The translations under genes and the position numbers were made by a program. Below, one piece after another: positions 21,285-31,725 of a stretch of DNA of 64,000 bases. Under the pieces are notes generated by a model. It searched no databases. It had not been told where the DNA came from and worked only from the letters and a program-made list of their open reading frames with translations. The stretch covers positions 96,001 through 160,000 of the forward strand of contig JANRKS010000028.1 of assembly GCA_033763315.1 (NCBI GenBank), read 5' to 3'. Within the stretch, counting starts at the first letter, position 1, and every line of letters begins with the position of its first letter. This DNA is from Deltaproteobacteria bacterium. GTDB lineage: Bacteria; Myxococcota_A; Polyangia; Fen-1088.

Positions 21285-23114
21285 CTATTTCTCGGTGTCT
21301 TTCACAAGACTCTTGAACATTTGCAATGTGCGCCCCATGGCCGCCTTCATGCGTGCCAGTTCTTCTGGGTCTTTGACCGCCAGGGCCGTTCTCGCCTGCT
21401 CCACCGTCGAACGCGCGGCCTCCATGCCCTGGGTGCCTAAGGCCGACTGTGCCAGGGCCTTCTCCACGCGGGGCATCAACGCGGTGGCTTCATCCACCAA
21501 CTTCTCCACCGCTTGGCGCTCCTTTTCCACGCCTTCGTCGGCCCGCACCGTCACCATGTATTCGTTTTGCTCGGTGGCCATGGCGACGATCTCGGCTTCC
21601 GTGAGGCCGCTGGTTGCCGTCACGGTGATGGATTGCTGCTGCCCGGTCTCCATGTCGCGGGCCGAGACGCTCACGATGCCGTCAGCCGAGATCTCGAACA
21701 TAACCTCGACTTCCACTTCACCCCGCATGGCTTTACGCAGCCCCGTGAGCACGAATTCGCCCAGCAATTCGTTTTCGTCGGCTCGGTCATTTTCGCCCTG
21801 CATGACCAAGATCTTCACCGACGTTTGATCATCGCGCGTGGTGGTGAAGATGTGGCTCTTGGCCGTGGGTATCGTTGTATTGCGATCGATCAAGCGGTGA
21901 AAGTAGCCGCCCATCACCATGATGCCCAAGCTGTGCGGCGTGACGTCCAACAACAGCATGTCGGCCGTGTTCTCGATGAGGGACGCCCCCTGGATGGAAG
22001 CGCCCATCGCCACAACTTCGTCGGGGTGAACGCCTTTGCACGGCTCTTTGCCGAAGAACTCCGCAACCATCTCTTGCACCTTCGGCATGCGGGTCATCCC
22101 GCCCACCAAGATGACTTCCAAGATGTCTGTCTTTTCGACGCCCGCGTCGTCCAACGCGCCTTTGCAAATGCGCAGCGTGCGTTCGACCAAATCATGCGTC
22201 AGCTCTTCCAGCTTGTGACGCGATAGCGGCCGCTGCAAATGCAAGGCTTGGGCGCGGCCCGTGGAGATCAAAAACGGCAAATTGATTTCCGCCTCACGCA
22301 CCGCCGAAAGATCGCATTTGGCTTTCTCCGCCGAATCTTTGAGGCGCTGCAAGGCCATCATGTCGGTGCGCAGATCGATGTTGTGCTCCTTGCGGAAACC
22401 ACCCACCAACCAATCGATGATGCGTTTGTCGAAATCCTCGCCACCCAAGAAGGTGTCGCCCGCGGTGGACACAACCTCGAACACGCCATTTGAGATCTCA
22501 AGGATCGAAATGTCGAAGGTGCCGCCCCCCAGATCGTAAATGGCGATGCGGCCTTCGATGTCTTTGCCAAAACCATAGGCCAAAGCCGCGGCGGTGGGTT
22601 CGTTGATGATGCGTATGACATCGAGCCCTGCGATGCGGCCGGCGTCTTTGGTGGCTTGGCGTTGCCCATCGTTGAAGTAGGCAGGCACGGTGACCACGGC
22701 CTTGCGCACCTCTTCACCCAGGTGATCCTCGGCCACGCGCTTCATCTCTTGCAGCACGAACGCAGAGATCTCAGGCAGCGAAAACACTTGCTCGCGCAGT
22801 TCCACGCGCACGTCTTGGTGCGGACCTTCCACAATTTTGTAAGGCACCATTTCGCGGATCGCTTTGACGGCGGGCGAGCTCCACGAGCGGCCGATCAATC
22901 GTTTAACGGAATACGCGGTGTTTTCGGCGTTTGTCACCGCTTGACGCTTGGCTATGTGGCCCACGAGGCGCCGACCGCTCTCCGAGATGGCCACCACCGA
23001 AGGCGTGGTTTTGTAGCCACCACGGTTGGGGATCACCACCGGCGCGCCCTCCTCCACCACTGCCACACAGGAGTTTGTCGTCCCGAGATCGATGCCAATT
23101 ACACGTTCAGTCAT
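21285..23114 (-). CDS. dnaK: Hsp70/DnaK family chaperone (probable paralogue)
   Basis: [37 protein letters not shown], linker [14 protein letters not shown]; short lid and no acidic tail. Confidence 0.93.
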   Translation of the reverse strand: MTERVIGIDLGTTNSCVAVVEEGAPVVIPNRGGYKTTPSVVAISESGRRLVGHIAKRQAVTNAENTAYSVKRLIGRSWSSPAVKAIREMVPYKIVEGPHQDVRVELREQVFSLPEISAFVLQEMKRVAEDHLGEEVRKAVVTVPAYFNDGQRQATKDAGRIAGLDVIRIINEPTAAALAYGFGKDIEGRIAIYDLGGGTFDISILEISNGVFEVVSTAGDTFLGGEDFDKRIIDWLVGGFRKEHNIDLRTDMMALQRLKDSAEKAKCDLSAVREAEINLPFLISTGRAQALHLQRPLSRHKLEELTHDLVERTLRICKGALDDAGVEKTDILEVILVGGMTRMPKVQEMVAEFFGKEPCKGVHPDEVVAMGASIQGASLIENTADMLLLDVTPHSLGIMVMGGYFHRLIDRNTTIPTAKSHIFTTTRDDQTSVKILVMQGENDRADENELLGEFVLTGLRKAMRGEVEVEVMFEISADGIVSVSARDMETGQQQSITVTATSGLTEAEIVAMATEQNEYMVTVRADEGVEKERQAVEKLVDEATALMPRVEKALAQSALGTQGMEAARSTVEQARTALAVKDPEELARMKAAMGRTLQMFKSLVKDTEK

Positions 23115-23140
23115 CGGACCCAACCTTCACGGTAACACGG

Positions 23141-23167
23141 TGCATGCAACAAGCCACTTACTTGCCA
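23141..23167 (-). promoter_or_regulatory. Two overlapping sigma54-like GG-N10-GC motifs upstream of dnaK
   Basis: Minus strand TGGCAAGTAAGTGGCT (23167-23152) and TGGCTTGTTGCATGCA (23156-23141); both -12 elements deviate from TTGC. Confidence 0.35.
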
Positions 23168-23256
23168 TCGGCAACTACGCAGGATCTTGTATGTATCCGC
23201 TGGTGGGATTGAGTCGCACCCCCGCACTGCCCCCCTGCGCTGGGTCAAAGGGCGCT

Positions 23257-23667
23257 TTACAACGGGCCGGCAAACGCGCCGTGGCCGCCATAGCCCGATC
23301 GCTCGTCCGCGTCGTCGTCGGTGCGCCGCTGGCTTTGCGCCTCGTCCAAACGGCGGGCGGCTTCCATCAGGAGGAACGTGGTGTGGCGTTGAATTTCGTC
23401 GGGGCCAATCACATCGGCCTGCCACAGTTCAAACACGCCGGTGTTCCACGCCAACAGCCTCATCACCGCGTCCACACCACTTTGCCGCTGTTGGCCTTCA
23501 ATCTGCGCGCGGATGACCCGGCCATCGCGCAAAAACAGGCGGCCGAGTTGCTTGCCCCGCTGCAGGATCAAGATGCCGCCGCGCTTTTCCATATCGAGGA
23601 TGGTCAGCAAGGTTGGCAGGCCAATCTTGTCTAAATCTCCACGCAGTATGGATCGGGCTGGGGTCAT
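23257..23667 (-). CDS. DUF4388 domain protein
   Basis: LRGDLDKIGLPTLLTILDMEKRGGILIL...GRLFLRDGRVIRA...LLAWNTGVFE...LLMEAARRLDE. Confidence 0.9.
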   Translation of the reverse strand: MTPARSILRGDLDKIGLPTLLTILDMEKRGGILILQRGKQLGRLFLRDGRVIRAQIEGQQRQSGVDAVMRLLAWNTGVFELWQADVIGPDEIQRHTTFLLMEAARRLDEAQSQRRTDDDADERSGYGGHGAFAGPL

Positions 23668-23787
23668 GTTTCCTCGCGAACTTCGACATGTTCACGGCAG
23701 CTCACGAGAAGCGCAAAAAATCAAACACAAATTCCCGGCGCCTCCACAAAGGCCAAGCCGCTGCCACCGGCTGCTATTCTTGGCGAG

Positions 23788-24636
23788 ATGCTAAGCGAAG
23801 TGGCCGCCGGGCCCTACAACATAAAAGGGGTCTCCCTGGGCGGCATCTACACCTCGCTTTATGTGCCTGAACTGGACGCCCTGTTGGACGTGGGCATGGC
23901 CCCGCGTCAGTTGGCTTCGGCCCGCAACCTGTTTATCAGCCACGGCCACGCGGATCACATTGGGGCGATTGGGACCCTGATGGGCATAAGGGGGTTGCAC
24001 CGCGCGCCCGCGCCGCGCGTGTTTGTGCCCGCCGCCATCGCGGATCACCTGCGCGAAACATTGCAGGCCTTGGCCAAGATGCAGCGCTACGACATGGACG
24101 TGGACCTTGTGCCCATGGAACCGGGCGAAGAGCGGCCCTACAAGGGCAACATGTTCGTGCGCGCCTTCCGCACGCATCACCCGGTGCCGTCGCTCGGTTA
24201 CCAGTTTGTTAGGCGCACGCAGAAACTCAAACACGAGTTCGCCGGTTTGCCGGGGCACGAAATCGCGAAACGAAAAGCCGCCGGCGACGACCTGTTTTTC
24301 AGCCATGACAGTCTGGAGCTGGCTTACGCCACCGACACGTTGCTGCGGGTGATCGACACGCACCCGTCGCTGCTGCAAACGCGCGTGCTGATCATGGAAT
24401 GCTCGTTCTTAGATGAACAGAAGGATTTGGCTTCCAGCCGCGCCGGTTGCCACATTCATTTGGACGAAGTGCTTGAACGCGCCGATGACTTTGCCAATGA
24501 GGCGTTGGTGCTTATGCATTTTTCGCAGCTCTACGAGCCGCATATGGTGCGCAAGATCTTGCACGAGCGGTGCCCGCCCGCTTTGATGGCGCGCGTTGTG
24601 CCATTCCTGCCCCACAGTGATTTGTGGCAGATCTAA
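23788..24636 (+). CDS. RNase Z-like metallo-beta-lactamase hydrolase (short-arm type)
   Basis: SHGHADH motif, THHPVPSLGY, KLKHEFAGLPGHEI arm, AYATDT, MECSF, HIHL, MHFS. Confidence 0.85.
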   Translation: MLSEVAAGPYNIKGVSLGGIYTSLYVPELDALLDVGMAPRQLASARNLFISHGHADHIGAIGTLMGIRGLHRAPAPRVFVPAAIADHLRETLQALAKMQRYDMDVDLVPMEPGEERPYKGNMFVRAFRTHHPVPSLGYQFVRRTQKLKHEFAGLPGHEIAKRKAAGDDLFFSHDSLELAYATDTLLRVIDTHPSLLQTRVLIMECSFLDEQKDLASSRAGCHIHLDEVLERADDFANEALVLMHFSQLYEPHMVRKILHERCPPALMARVVPFLPHSDLWQI

Positions 24637-24669
24637 GCCAAACGGCGCCACCACGGCACGAGCGGTGCC

Positions 24670-27600
24670 CTAGGAAGCCAAGGTACCGCTTGAGGCCAAC
24701 GACGGCACCGACGCGTCTTCGACGGTTTCTTTGTGATGGGTCTTCGCCATCAATACGTAAACAGAGGGCACCACGAACAGCGTGAACAACGTGCCGATCG
24801 TCATGCCGCCCACCAACACGATGCCGATCGAATTACGAGCCACGGCGCCTGGGCCTGAAACCAGGGTGAGCGGGAAGTGCCCCACCACGGTGGCAATGGT
24901 GGTCATCAAGATGGGACGCAAGCGCGTGATGGCGGCCGAACGAACCGCATCCAACTTCGACATGCCCTCGGCTTGCCGTGCGTTGGCGAACTCAACAATC
25001 AAGATGCCGTTCTTCGCCACCAGGCCCACAAGCGTCACCAAGCCCACCTGCGAATAGATGTTTAAGGTGGTGGTCCACCCTTCTGTGAGCCCGAACGAAA
25101 GCCCCGGCGGGCCCGCAAACTTCAAGAAGGTGAAGATCAAAGCACCGAACATGGCCAACGGCACCGAGCCGGCCAAGATGACGAACGGATCACGGAATGA
25201 GTTGAACTGCGCCGCCAGCACCAAGAAGATGAGCAAGATGGCCAAGCCCATGGCAGGCAAGAATTTGCCACTCTCTTGGCGCAGCTGCCTTGATTCGCCG
25301 GTGTAATTGATCTGATAGCCGGGGGGCAAAATCTTCTTCGCCGCGGTTTCCAGCACCTTGAGGCCGTTGTCGAGCGACTGCGGTGCGAGGCCGGAGATCT
25401 TCACCGAGTTGAGCTGCTGAAAGCGGTTCAATGTACGCGGTTCGACGCTGTTGCGAATCGTTGCCACCGCAGACAACGGCATCAACGAACCGTTGGCGCC
25501 CGTGATGTGGATGTCTTGCAGTTGATCGGTGGTCAAACGGCCGGCTCGCTCGGTTTGCGCAATGACCTTGTAGCTGCGGCCTTCAATGTTGAAACGGTTC
25601 ACATAGTTGCCACCCAACATCGTGCCCAGATCGGCGCCCACCTGCTGCATCGTGAGGCCCATGCTGGCGATCTTCTCGCGGTCCAAAACCACTTCGGCCT
25701 TGGCCTGATCGATGCGCACATCGGTGACGGGCGGAAACGCGAACTGGCCGCTTGTGGTGGCCGTCAACACCAATTGTTGAGCGTAGTCCACGATCTCTTC
25801 GTGCGGGGCCGTGGACGAGATAACGAATTCCACGGGGAACGTGCCGGGGCTGGGCAGCGCGGGCGGCAAGAACACGGGCGCACGCACGCCCGGGTTCATC
25901 ATCAACATGCCGAACACCTGCGGCTGAATCTCAAAGATGGTGCGTTTGCGCTCGTCCCAGGGCTTGACGATCATGCCGCCGAAACCACCCGAAGGAAACG
26001 TGATCTGGAAGCTGTGATCAAATTCGGGGAACGACATAAATACGTTGTTCACGTACTCGGTAAAGGGTGTCACCTGTTCAAGAGTGGCGTTGGCCGGCAC
26101 GTCAACGGCGCCAAACACAACACCCTGGTCTTCGTAAGGCGCAAGCTCGGCAGCCGAGAACAAATAAAGTGGAATGGCCAACAGCGACAAACCAATCCAC
26201 ACCACATAAACGGCGGGCCGCGCACCCAGCGTGATGTCCAACAGCCGGGTGTACGTGCGCGACAGGCGCGCAAAGCCGTTGTTGATCACATCGCCAAAGC
26301 GCGTGTGATGTTGCGCCTTGAGTAGCTTCGACGACATCATCGGCGACAACGTCAACGCCACGACGCCCGAGATGAACACAGCGCCCGCCAACGTAAACGC
26401 GAACTCCCGAAACAGAGCACCGGTGAGACCGCCCTGAAAGCCGATGGGCGTATAGACCGCGGCCAAGGTGATCGTCATGGCGATGATGGGGCCCACCAAT
26501 TCGCGCGCGCTCAACATGGCCGCCTGGAAGGGCGACTTGCCTTCGCGGATGTTGCGTTCAACGTTCTCCACCACAACGATCGCGTCATCCACCACCAAGC
26601 CTACCGCCAGCACCACAGCCAACAACGTCAGCAAGTTGATCGTGAAGCCCAGCAGCTGCATGAAAAACACAGCGCCGATCAGCGAAACCGGAATCGCCAC
26701 CAGCGGCACCAGCACGGTGCGCACGGAGCCTAAGAACAAGAAGATCACGATAATGACGATGCCCACCGTTTCAAGCAACGTCTTGCGCACCTCGGAGATG
26801 GCGCTTTGAATGTATTTGGTGGCGTCAAAGGCGATGTTGGCGTCGAGACCCGAGGGCAGCTCTTTTTGCAACAAATCCATCTCTGTGCGCACGCGGGCAA
26901 TCACGTCCAACGAGTTCGCCGTGGGCAACACCCACACGCCCATGAACACCGCGCGCTGGCCTGAAAAGCGCACGTCTTGCTCATAGTTGTCGGCCCCCAA
27001 GACCACTTCTGCAACGTCTTCGAGGCGCACCAGGGCGCCATCTTCCTGGCGAATCACAAGCTTACGAAAATCATCCACGTTCTTGACGTCGGTGCTGGCC
27101 GTCAAGTTGAGCTGAATGTATTGCCCCTTGGTTTGCCCCACCGCGGAAAGGAAGTTGTTGGCCGAAAGTGCCTGGCGCACCTGCGAAGGGCTTACATTCA
27201 AAGCCGCCATGCGATCAGGCTTGAGCCACGCGCGCAAAGCGAATGTGCGGCCGCCCAGAATGTCTGCGCGCTGCACGCCCTCCAACGCCGAAAGGCGCGG
27301 CTGAACGACGCGAATCAAATAATCCGTGACTTGGTTTTCCTGCAGCAGCTTGGACGCGAAGCTTAGATACATCGAAGCGAACACGGAGTCCGAAGGTTCC
27401 ACGTTGATGGCGGGGATTTCGGCTTCAGGCGGCAGATCCCCACGCACTTGGTTGACGCGCGCGCTGATGTCCGAAAGTGCGTTGGCGGGGCTGAAGTTCA
27501 GCTTCAAGCGCACGTTGATCGTGGAGAGCCCCTGGTCGCTTTGCGATTCGATGTAGTCTATGCCGTCAGCGGCCGCGATGGCGCGCTCGAGCGGCGTGGT

Positions 27601-27789
27601 GATGAAGCCGCGCACCAGATCGGCGCTGGCGCCCACATAAGGCGTGCGCACGGTGACCGTGGCGCTTTCAAGCTTGGGGTATTGCCTGACGTTGAGCGTT
27701 TTGATCGCTTGTGCCCCGGCAATGATGATCACCAGGTTTACGACGATGGCCAAAACCGGGCGCTTGATGAAAATATCTGTAAAACGCAT
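24670..27789 (-). CDS. RND efflux permease (AcrB/MexW-like)
   Basis: FIKRPVLA start, GLVVDDAIVVVENV, KNGILIVEFAN, RLRPILMTT. Confidence 0.95.
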   Translation of the reverse strand: MRFTDIFIKRPVLAIVVNLVIIIAGAQAIKTLNVRQYPKLESATVTVRTPYVGASADLVRGFITTPLERAIAAADGIDYIESQSDQGLSTINVRLKLNFSPANALSDISARVNQVRGDLPPEAEIPAINVEPSDSVFASMYLSFASKLLQENQVTDYLIRVVQPRLSALEGVQRADILGGRTFALRAWLKPDRMAALNVSPSQVRQALSANNFLSAVGQTKGQYIQLNLTASTDVKNVDDFRKLVIRQEDGALVRLEDVAEVVLGADNYEQDVRFSGQRAVFMGVWVLPTANSLDVIARVRTEMDLLQKELPSGLDANIAFDATKYIQSAISEVRKTLLETVGIVIIVIFLFLGSVRTVLVPLVAIPVSLIGAVFFMQLLGFTINLLTLLAVVLAVGLVVDDAIVVVENVERNIREGKSPFQAAMLSARELVGPIIAMTITLAAVYTPIGFQGGLTGALFREFAFTLAGAVFISGVVALTLSPMMSSKLLKAQHHTRFGDVINNGFARLSRTYTRLLDITLGARPAVYVVWIGLSLLAIPLYLFSAAELAPYEDQGVVFGAVDVPANATLEQVTPFTEYVNNVFMSFPEFDHSFQITFPSGGFGGMIVKPWDERKRTIFEIQPQVFGMLMMNPGVRAPVFLPPALPSPGTFPVEFVISSTAPHEEIVDYAQQLVLTATTSGQFAFPPVTDVRIDQAKAEVVLDREKIASMGLTMQQVGADLGTMLGGNYVNRFNIEGRSYKVIAQTERAGRLTTDQLQDIHITGANGSLMPLSAVATIRNSVEPRTLNRFQQLNSVKISGLAPQSLDNGLKVLETAAKKILPPGYQINYTGESRQLRQESGKFLPAMGLAILLIFLVLAAQFNSFRDPFVILAGSVPLAMFGALIFTFLKFAGPPGLSFGLTEGWTTTLNIYSQVGLVTLVGLVAKNGILIVEFANARQAEGMSKLDAVRSAAITRLRPILMTTIATVVGHFPLTLVSGPGAVARNSIGIVLVGGMTIGTLFTLFVVPSVYVLMAKTHHKETVEDASVPSLASSGTLAS

Positions 27790-27796
27790 GGTGGGT

Positions 27797-28954
27797 TCAG
27801 CGGTTGATGGGGTGCGGATCGAGTGAAGGCGTCAGCTTCACGCTGTTGTTCACAGCCACGGGTGCACCATTGCGCAGCTTGAAGGCGCCTTGCGTGACCA
27901 CTTCTTCGCCGTTTTTCAAACCCTCTGCGATGGCGACGAAATCGCCGCGCGAGGGGCCAAGCCGCACAAATTGTTGCCGCGCCACCTTGGCCGGCTGGCC
28001 GTCCGGTCCTTTAACCACCGCACCCGATTCGTCCTTCTTGGGCTCCACAACGTAGACCGAGTCGCCATAGGGCGCATGCACGACGGACATGGCAGGCACC
28101 GTGACAACCGGATCCTGTTTGGGCAATACCACGGCAACGTTCACAAACATGCCTGGGCGCAAACGTTCGGCCGCGTTTTGCACCGTGGCGCGCAGCTTGA
28201 TGGTGCGCGTGCCAGCGTCGATGGTGGGATCCACCGCAGCAACTTTACCTTGCAGGGCTTCGCCTTTGGCCGACGCGATCGCCACGTTCACGGGCGTGCC
28301 TACCACCGCCTGCCCCAGAAACTGCTGCGGCAGCGAGAAATCAACGTATACCGAACCAAGCGATTCCAACACCGTGATGGGTGTGCCTGGGTTTAGGTAC
28401 TGCCCCAGATTGATGCTGCGAATGCCGAGCCGACCGGCGAAGGGCGCACGCACCGTTTTCTTTTCGATCTGCGCACGCAAGGCCGTGACGTCGGCGAGCG
28501 CCGTCCGCTGCTGCGCTTCATCGCTCTCCAGTTGAACCTGCGTGGCGGCACCGCCCTCGAGCAGCCGTTTGGTGCGCGCCCCTGTGGTGGTGGCCAGTTG
28601 CAAGCGCGCTTGTGCCGAAGCCAATTGCGCGGCCTCAACGCTTGCGTCGAGTTCAACCAACACCTGCCCCGCCTTGACCACGGCCCCCGATTCAAACCGA
28701 ATCGCTTTGACGACGCCCGGGATCTCATTGCTGATGGTGACGCCGCGTGCGGGGGCCACGCTGCCCACCGCGGCCAGCTCGCCCTGCCACGTGTCCGTCG
28801 AGGCGACAGCTGTTCCCACAGCCTCGGGGGGCGGCCCCGCAACCTCGGCCGCTTTGCCGAAGCCGATCAGCTTCGAAATTTGTTTAAACTTGACCCCAGC
28901 CAGGATCACAAACAGACCGAGCACGATGCCCGCAGCAATGAGATAACGACGCAT
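27797..28954 (-). CDS. RND periplasmic adaptor (membrane fusion protein)
   Basis: N-terminal TM, GVVKAIRFESGAVVKAGQVLVELD, APFAGRLGI, LRPGMFV; start at MRRYLIAAG. Confidence 0.92.
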   Translation of the reverse strand: MRRYLIAAGIVLGLFVILAGVKFKQISKLIGFGKAAEVAGPPPEAVGTAVASTDTWQGELAAVGSVAPARGVTISNEIPGVVKAIRFESGAVVKAGQVLVELDASVEAAQLASAQARLQLATTTGARTKRLLEGGAATQVQLESDEAQQRTALADVTALRAQIEKKTVRAPFAGRLGIRSINLGQYLNPGTPITVLESLGSVYVDFSLPQQFLGQAVVGTPVNVAIASAKGEALQGKVAAVDPTIDAGTRTIKLRATVQNAAERLRPGMFVNVAVVLPKQDPVVTVPAMSVVHAPYGDSVYVVEPKKDESGAVVKGPDGQPAKVARQQFVRLGPSRGDFVAIAEGLKNGEEVVTQGAFKLRNGAPVAVNNSVKLTPSLDPHPINR

Positions 28955-29260
28955 GCGGGCCCTTTGATGACACCCGCGTGCAGAAGTTTCACGCTGTTTC
29001 GTGGACCCCACGACGATTTCACGCTTTTGTTTCCACGCTTGAGCAGCCACATAAGCGAAATCTGAGACGCTTTTTTTCAATCCGCCGACGCCAAGAAACA
29101 ATGCCTTTTCTTTCGGTGGAGGCTTTGGTGTTGCCGCGGGCACAAGCGGACAAGTGTCCGATGCCGCGCCGTTCGGGGAACGGCCAGCGTGATAGAAAAT
29201 GCGGCTCAGGGTCGTCATCGGCGCGCGGGGCTCGAAGAGCTCGTGCTAAGAAGCCGCGTT

Positions 29261-30295
29261 TTGCTCAAACCCAGCTTCATTTGGCTCTTGCACCAACCGG
29301 CGTCCGCCACATGGTGTAAGCGCGAACTGGCAGAGAAGCGGCCGGACCTGCGTTTTGCGTTTTCGCGGCCTGGTTTAACCACATTTAAGCTGGACGAAGC
29401 TCACGTGGATGCGCCCGTCCCCAGCTCGTTCGCGCGGGCCCACGGGTATTCGCTCGGCCGCGCCGCTGACGCTGCCGGTGTGTTGGCCTGGGCCGAGGCT
29501 TTGCCTGAGCCACCGTTGCGCCTGCATGTTTTTGAGCGTGACCCTGATAAGCCCGCCGACGAACGCGACCGGAACGTCGCCGGCAGCCGTGCCACGGCCT
29601 TGGAACAAGAGCTGCGCGCGGCAGCGCCACATCGGTTTTTGCCTGGCAATGAAGCGCGCGCCGGTGAGTGGGTGCTGGATGTGATCACGGCGCCCGCCGA
29701 ACACGCCCCCGAAGAACTATTTGTGGGGTGGCACAAACACGATCGCACCCGCGGCCGCTTTCCCGGCGGGGTTGGCCACGCTTGGGTGCCGCCGAGCGCG
29801 CCCTCGCGCGCGTGGGCAAAGATTGAAGAAGCGATCGCATGGTCAGGCTTGCTGCCACGTGCCGGTGAAGTGGCCGTGGAGATCGGCGCGTCACCCGGTG
29901 GGGCCAGCTATGCGTTGCTTGAACGCGGGCTCACCGTGCATGGCGTTGACCCGGGTGAAATGGCGCCGATCGTCTTTGGCTTTGAAGATCGCTTCGTACA
30001 CCACGCGCTGCCGGCGGCCGAAGTACAACGCAAGGATTTGCCGCGCACGTTCCAGTGGCTCGCCAGCGATGTGAACCTGGCGCCGATGATCGCGCTTAAA
30101 TATGTGGAGCGCTTCGTGGCGTTGGCCCACGGTGGCTTGCGCGGGGCGTTCATCACTTTGAAGTTGAATGACGATGGTGTTTTTGCGGCTTTGCCCAAAC
30201 TTGCTCATCGCATCGAACGGCTGGGCGCACGTGAGGTGAGATACGTGCAGTTGCCCAGCCATCGCAGTGAGATCGCCGCGATCTTGGCGTGGTGA
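29261..30295 (+). CDS. RlmM-like (FtsJ family) SAM-dependent RNA methyltransferase
   Basis: APSRAWAKIEEA, EIGASPGG, SDVN, TLKL. TTG start uncertain. Confidence 0.75.
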   Translation: MLKPSFIWLLHQPASATWCKRELAEKRPDLRFAFSRPGLTTFKLDEAHVDAPVPSSFARAHGYSLGRAADAAGVLAWAEALPEPPLRLHVFERDPDKPADERDRNVAGSRATALEQELRAAAPHRFLPGNEARAGEWVLDVITAPAEHAPEELFVGWHKHDRTRGRFPGGVGHAWVPPSAPSRAWAKIEEAIAWSGLLPRAGEVAVEIGASPGGASYALLERGLTVHGVDPGEMAPIVFGFEDRFVHHALPAAEVQRKDLPRTFQWLASDVNLAPMIALKYVERFVALAHGGLRGAFITLKLNDDGVFAALPKLAHRIERLGAREVRYVQLPSHRSEIAAILAW

Positions 30296-30307
30296 TCCAA
30301 GCGGCCA

Positions 30308-31585
30308 TCAGAAGATGTGGCCTGCCACAAGATAAACGCCGACGGGACGCGCGTCAGGTGACCACGCCACATCGGCTCGCACCACAAACGTGCTGCCTTC
30401 CATCAGCCGCAAGCCGCCGCCCACGCCATATTTGAGACCAAGACCTGCGCCGTCAAGAGCGCGGCTGGGCGGCAGTTGCGACCACACGCGGCCACCATCC
30501 AAGAAGACGACCGCCCCCAGCGTGTAGTGTTTGCGCCCCAAATGAAAGGGGAACAAACGCACGCGCAGTTCAAGGTTTGTGAACGCTTTCACCTTGCCGT
30601 GGTACCGCTGCGCCAACACACCCCGCACACCCTTTTGACCGCCCACGGCGTTGGTTTCCTCGAAACGCGCCAGTTCGTAAAACGGCGGCGTGCCTTGCAA
30701 AGCGTCTGCGACGAATCGACCAGCGAAGATCACGCGCGAGGTGCGGACGGGTTGAAAGACGCGCGCTGTGAAATTGAGCTGCCTGTACGCGAACGGGAAG
30801 GCGTCGCCAATGTGGGGGCTGACGCGAAACTGCAGCGTATGATACTGCCCGCGCGTGGGGGCCATCTCATTGTCGCGCGTGTCGAGCGCCAACATCACCT
30901 CGGTGCGGGCCACATTGTGCGGTGAGCTTGTGCGAAAGGCCGAGGCAAACCCCTGCGGCGGCGCATTGATGTCAGCGGCCAGCCGCGTCTGCGGTCCCAC
31001 GTCCAAACGGTTGTGTGAATACGTTTGGCCCAGCTCTAAATTCAAGGGGCCCAACACACGGTAGCGGACACGCACATGCGCTTCGGGGTGCATGCGTTCG
31101 TATTGGTTGTCCTGCAGCGTCTGCCCGTTTAATGAAGGGCTGGCATTGCCGAGGCCAAAGTAGTTCAGCGACGTCTCACGCGTCCACGAACCCCGTGCCT
31201 CCAGGCGCCCGCGGCCCTGCCACAGATCCAGGTGGCGAAACAGCAGGTACACATCTTGGTAAGGTGAGCGAAAGCCCTTGTCATCGTAGGCCCCCGTGAC
31301 GAAAGCGCTGAGCTCGAGGCCCCACGTGAACGGCGGGTTCACCTTGTTGGGCACCGCATAGTTGGCGATGCCCCCTACGCCGTAGCCATAATCGCTGGCG
31401 CCCCCTGCCACGGGAAACACGCCGAGCTCCGGCTTTGTCTTGCTTGGGGGCGTGGCGGCCGCCGCCGCGGGTTGCGCGGCCACAGGACTGCTCGTGATTG
31501 TTATGGCGAGCAGCGCGAACCATGCCACCCAACCATGCTTGAATTTGTGGCTCAGCAGGGATGTCCTCGCGGCCAGACACTTCAA
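30308..31585 (-). CDS. Omp85/BamA-TamA family outer-membrane barrel without evident POTRA domains; start uncertain
   Basis: LDTRDNEMAPTRG, VRGVLAQRYHG, FLDGGRVW, GGGLR, VRADVAW, C-terminal Phe. Confidence 0.8.
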   Translation of the reverse strand: MKCLAARTSLLSHKFKHGWVAWFALLAITITSSPVAAQPAAAAATPPSKTKPELGVFPVAGGASDYGYGVGGIANYAVPNKVNPPFTWGLELSAFVTGAYDDKGFRSPYQDVYLLFRHLDLWQGRGRLEARGSWTRETSLNYFGLGNASPSLNGQTLQDNQYERMHPEAHVRVRYRVLGPLNLELGQTYSHNRLDVGPQTRLAADINAPPQGFASAFRTSSPHNVARTEVMLALDTRDNEMAPTRGQYHTLQFRVSPHIGDAFPFAYRQLNFTARVFQPVRTSRVIFAGRFVADALQGTPPFYELARFEETNAVGGQKGVRGVLAQRYHGKVKAFTNLELRVRLFPFHLGRKHYTLGAVVFLDGGRVWSQLPPSRALDGAGLGLKYGVGGGLRLMEGSTFVVRADVAWSPDARPVGVYLVAGHIF

Positions 31586-31725
31586 GACGCGTGCCGCTGG
31601 CAAGACGCTTCAGGCCGTGGTCAATTGGTTGCGACGTTACGCAGATTACGCAACCAGGGATAGCCACGTCACGACATCGAGACGATCTTTCGGTTTCGCA
31701 CCGAGCAGGCTGTATTGTGCCGAGC

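Noticed and set aside
23165-23195. Additional sigma28-like sites upstream of dnaK (and upstream of the 383 lipoprotein and the 19504 gene)
   Set aside because: Only the GCCGAT half matches; no CTNAAS hexamer at the 16-nt spacing.
28955-29218. N-terminal extension of the RND adaptor given in the ORF track (and similar extensions at 9326, 31561, 41710, 52534, 53348, 56125)
   Set aside because: The extensions cover promoter regions or neighbouring genes; family-like sequence begins at the downstream starts.
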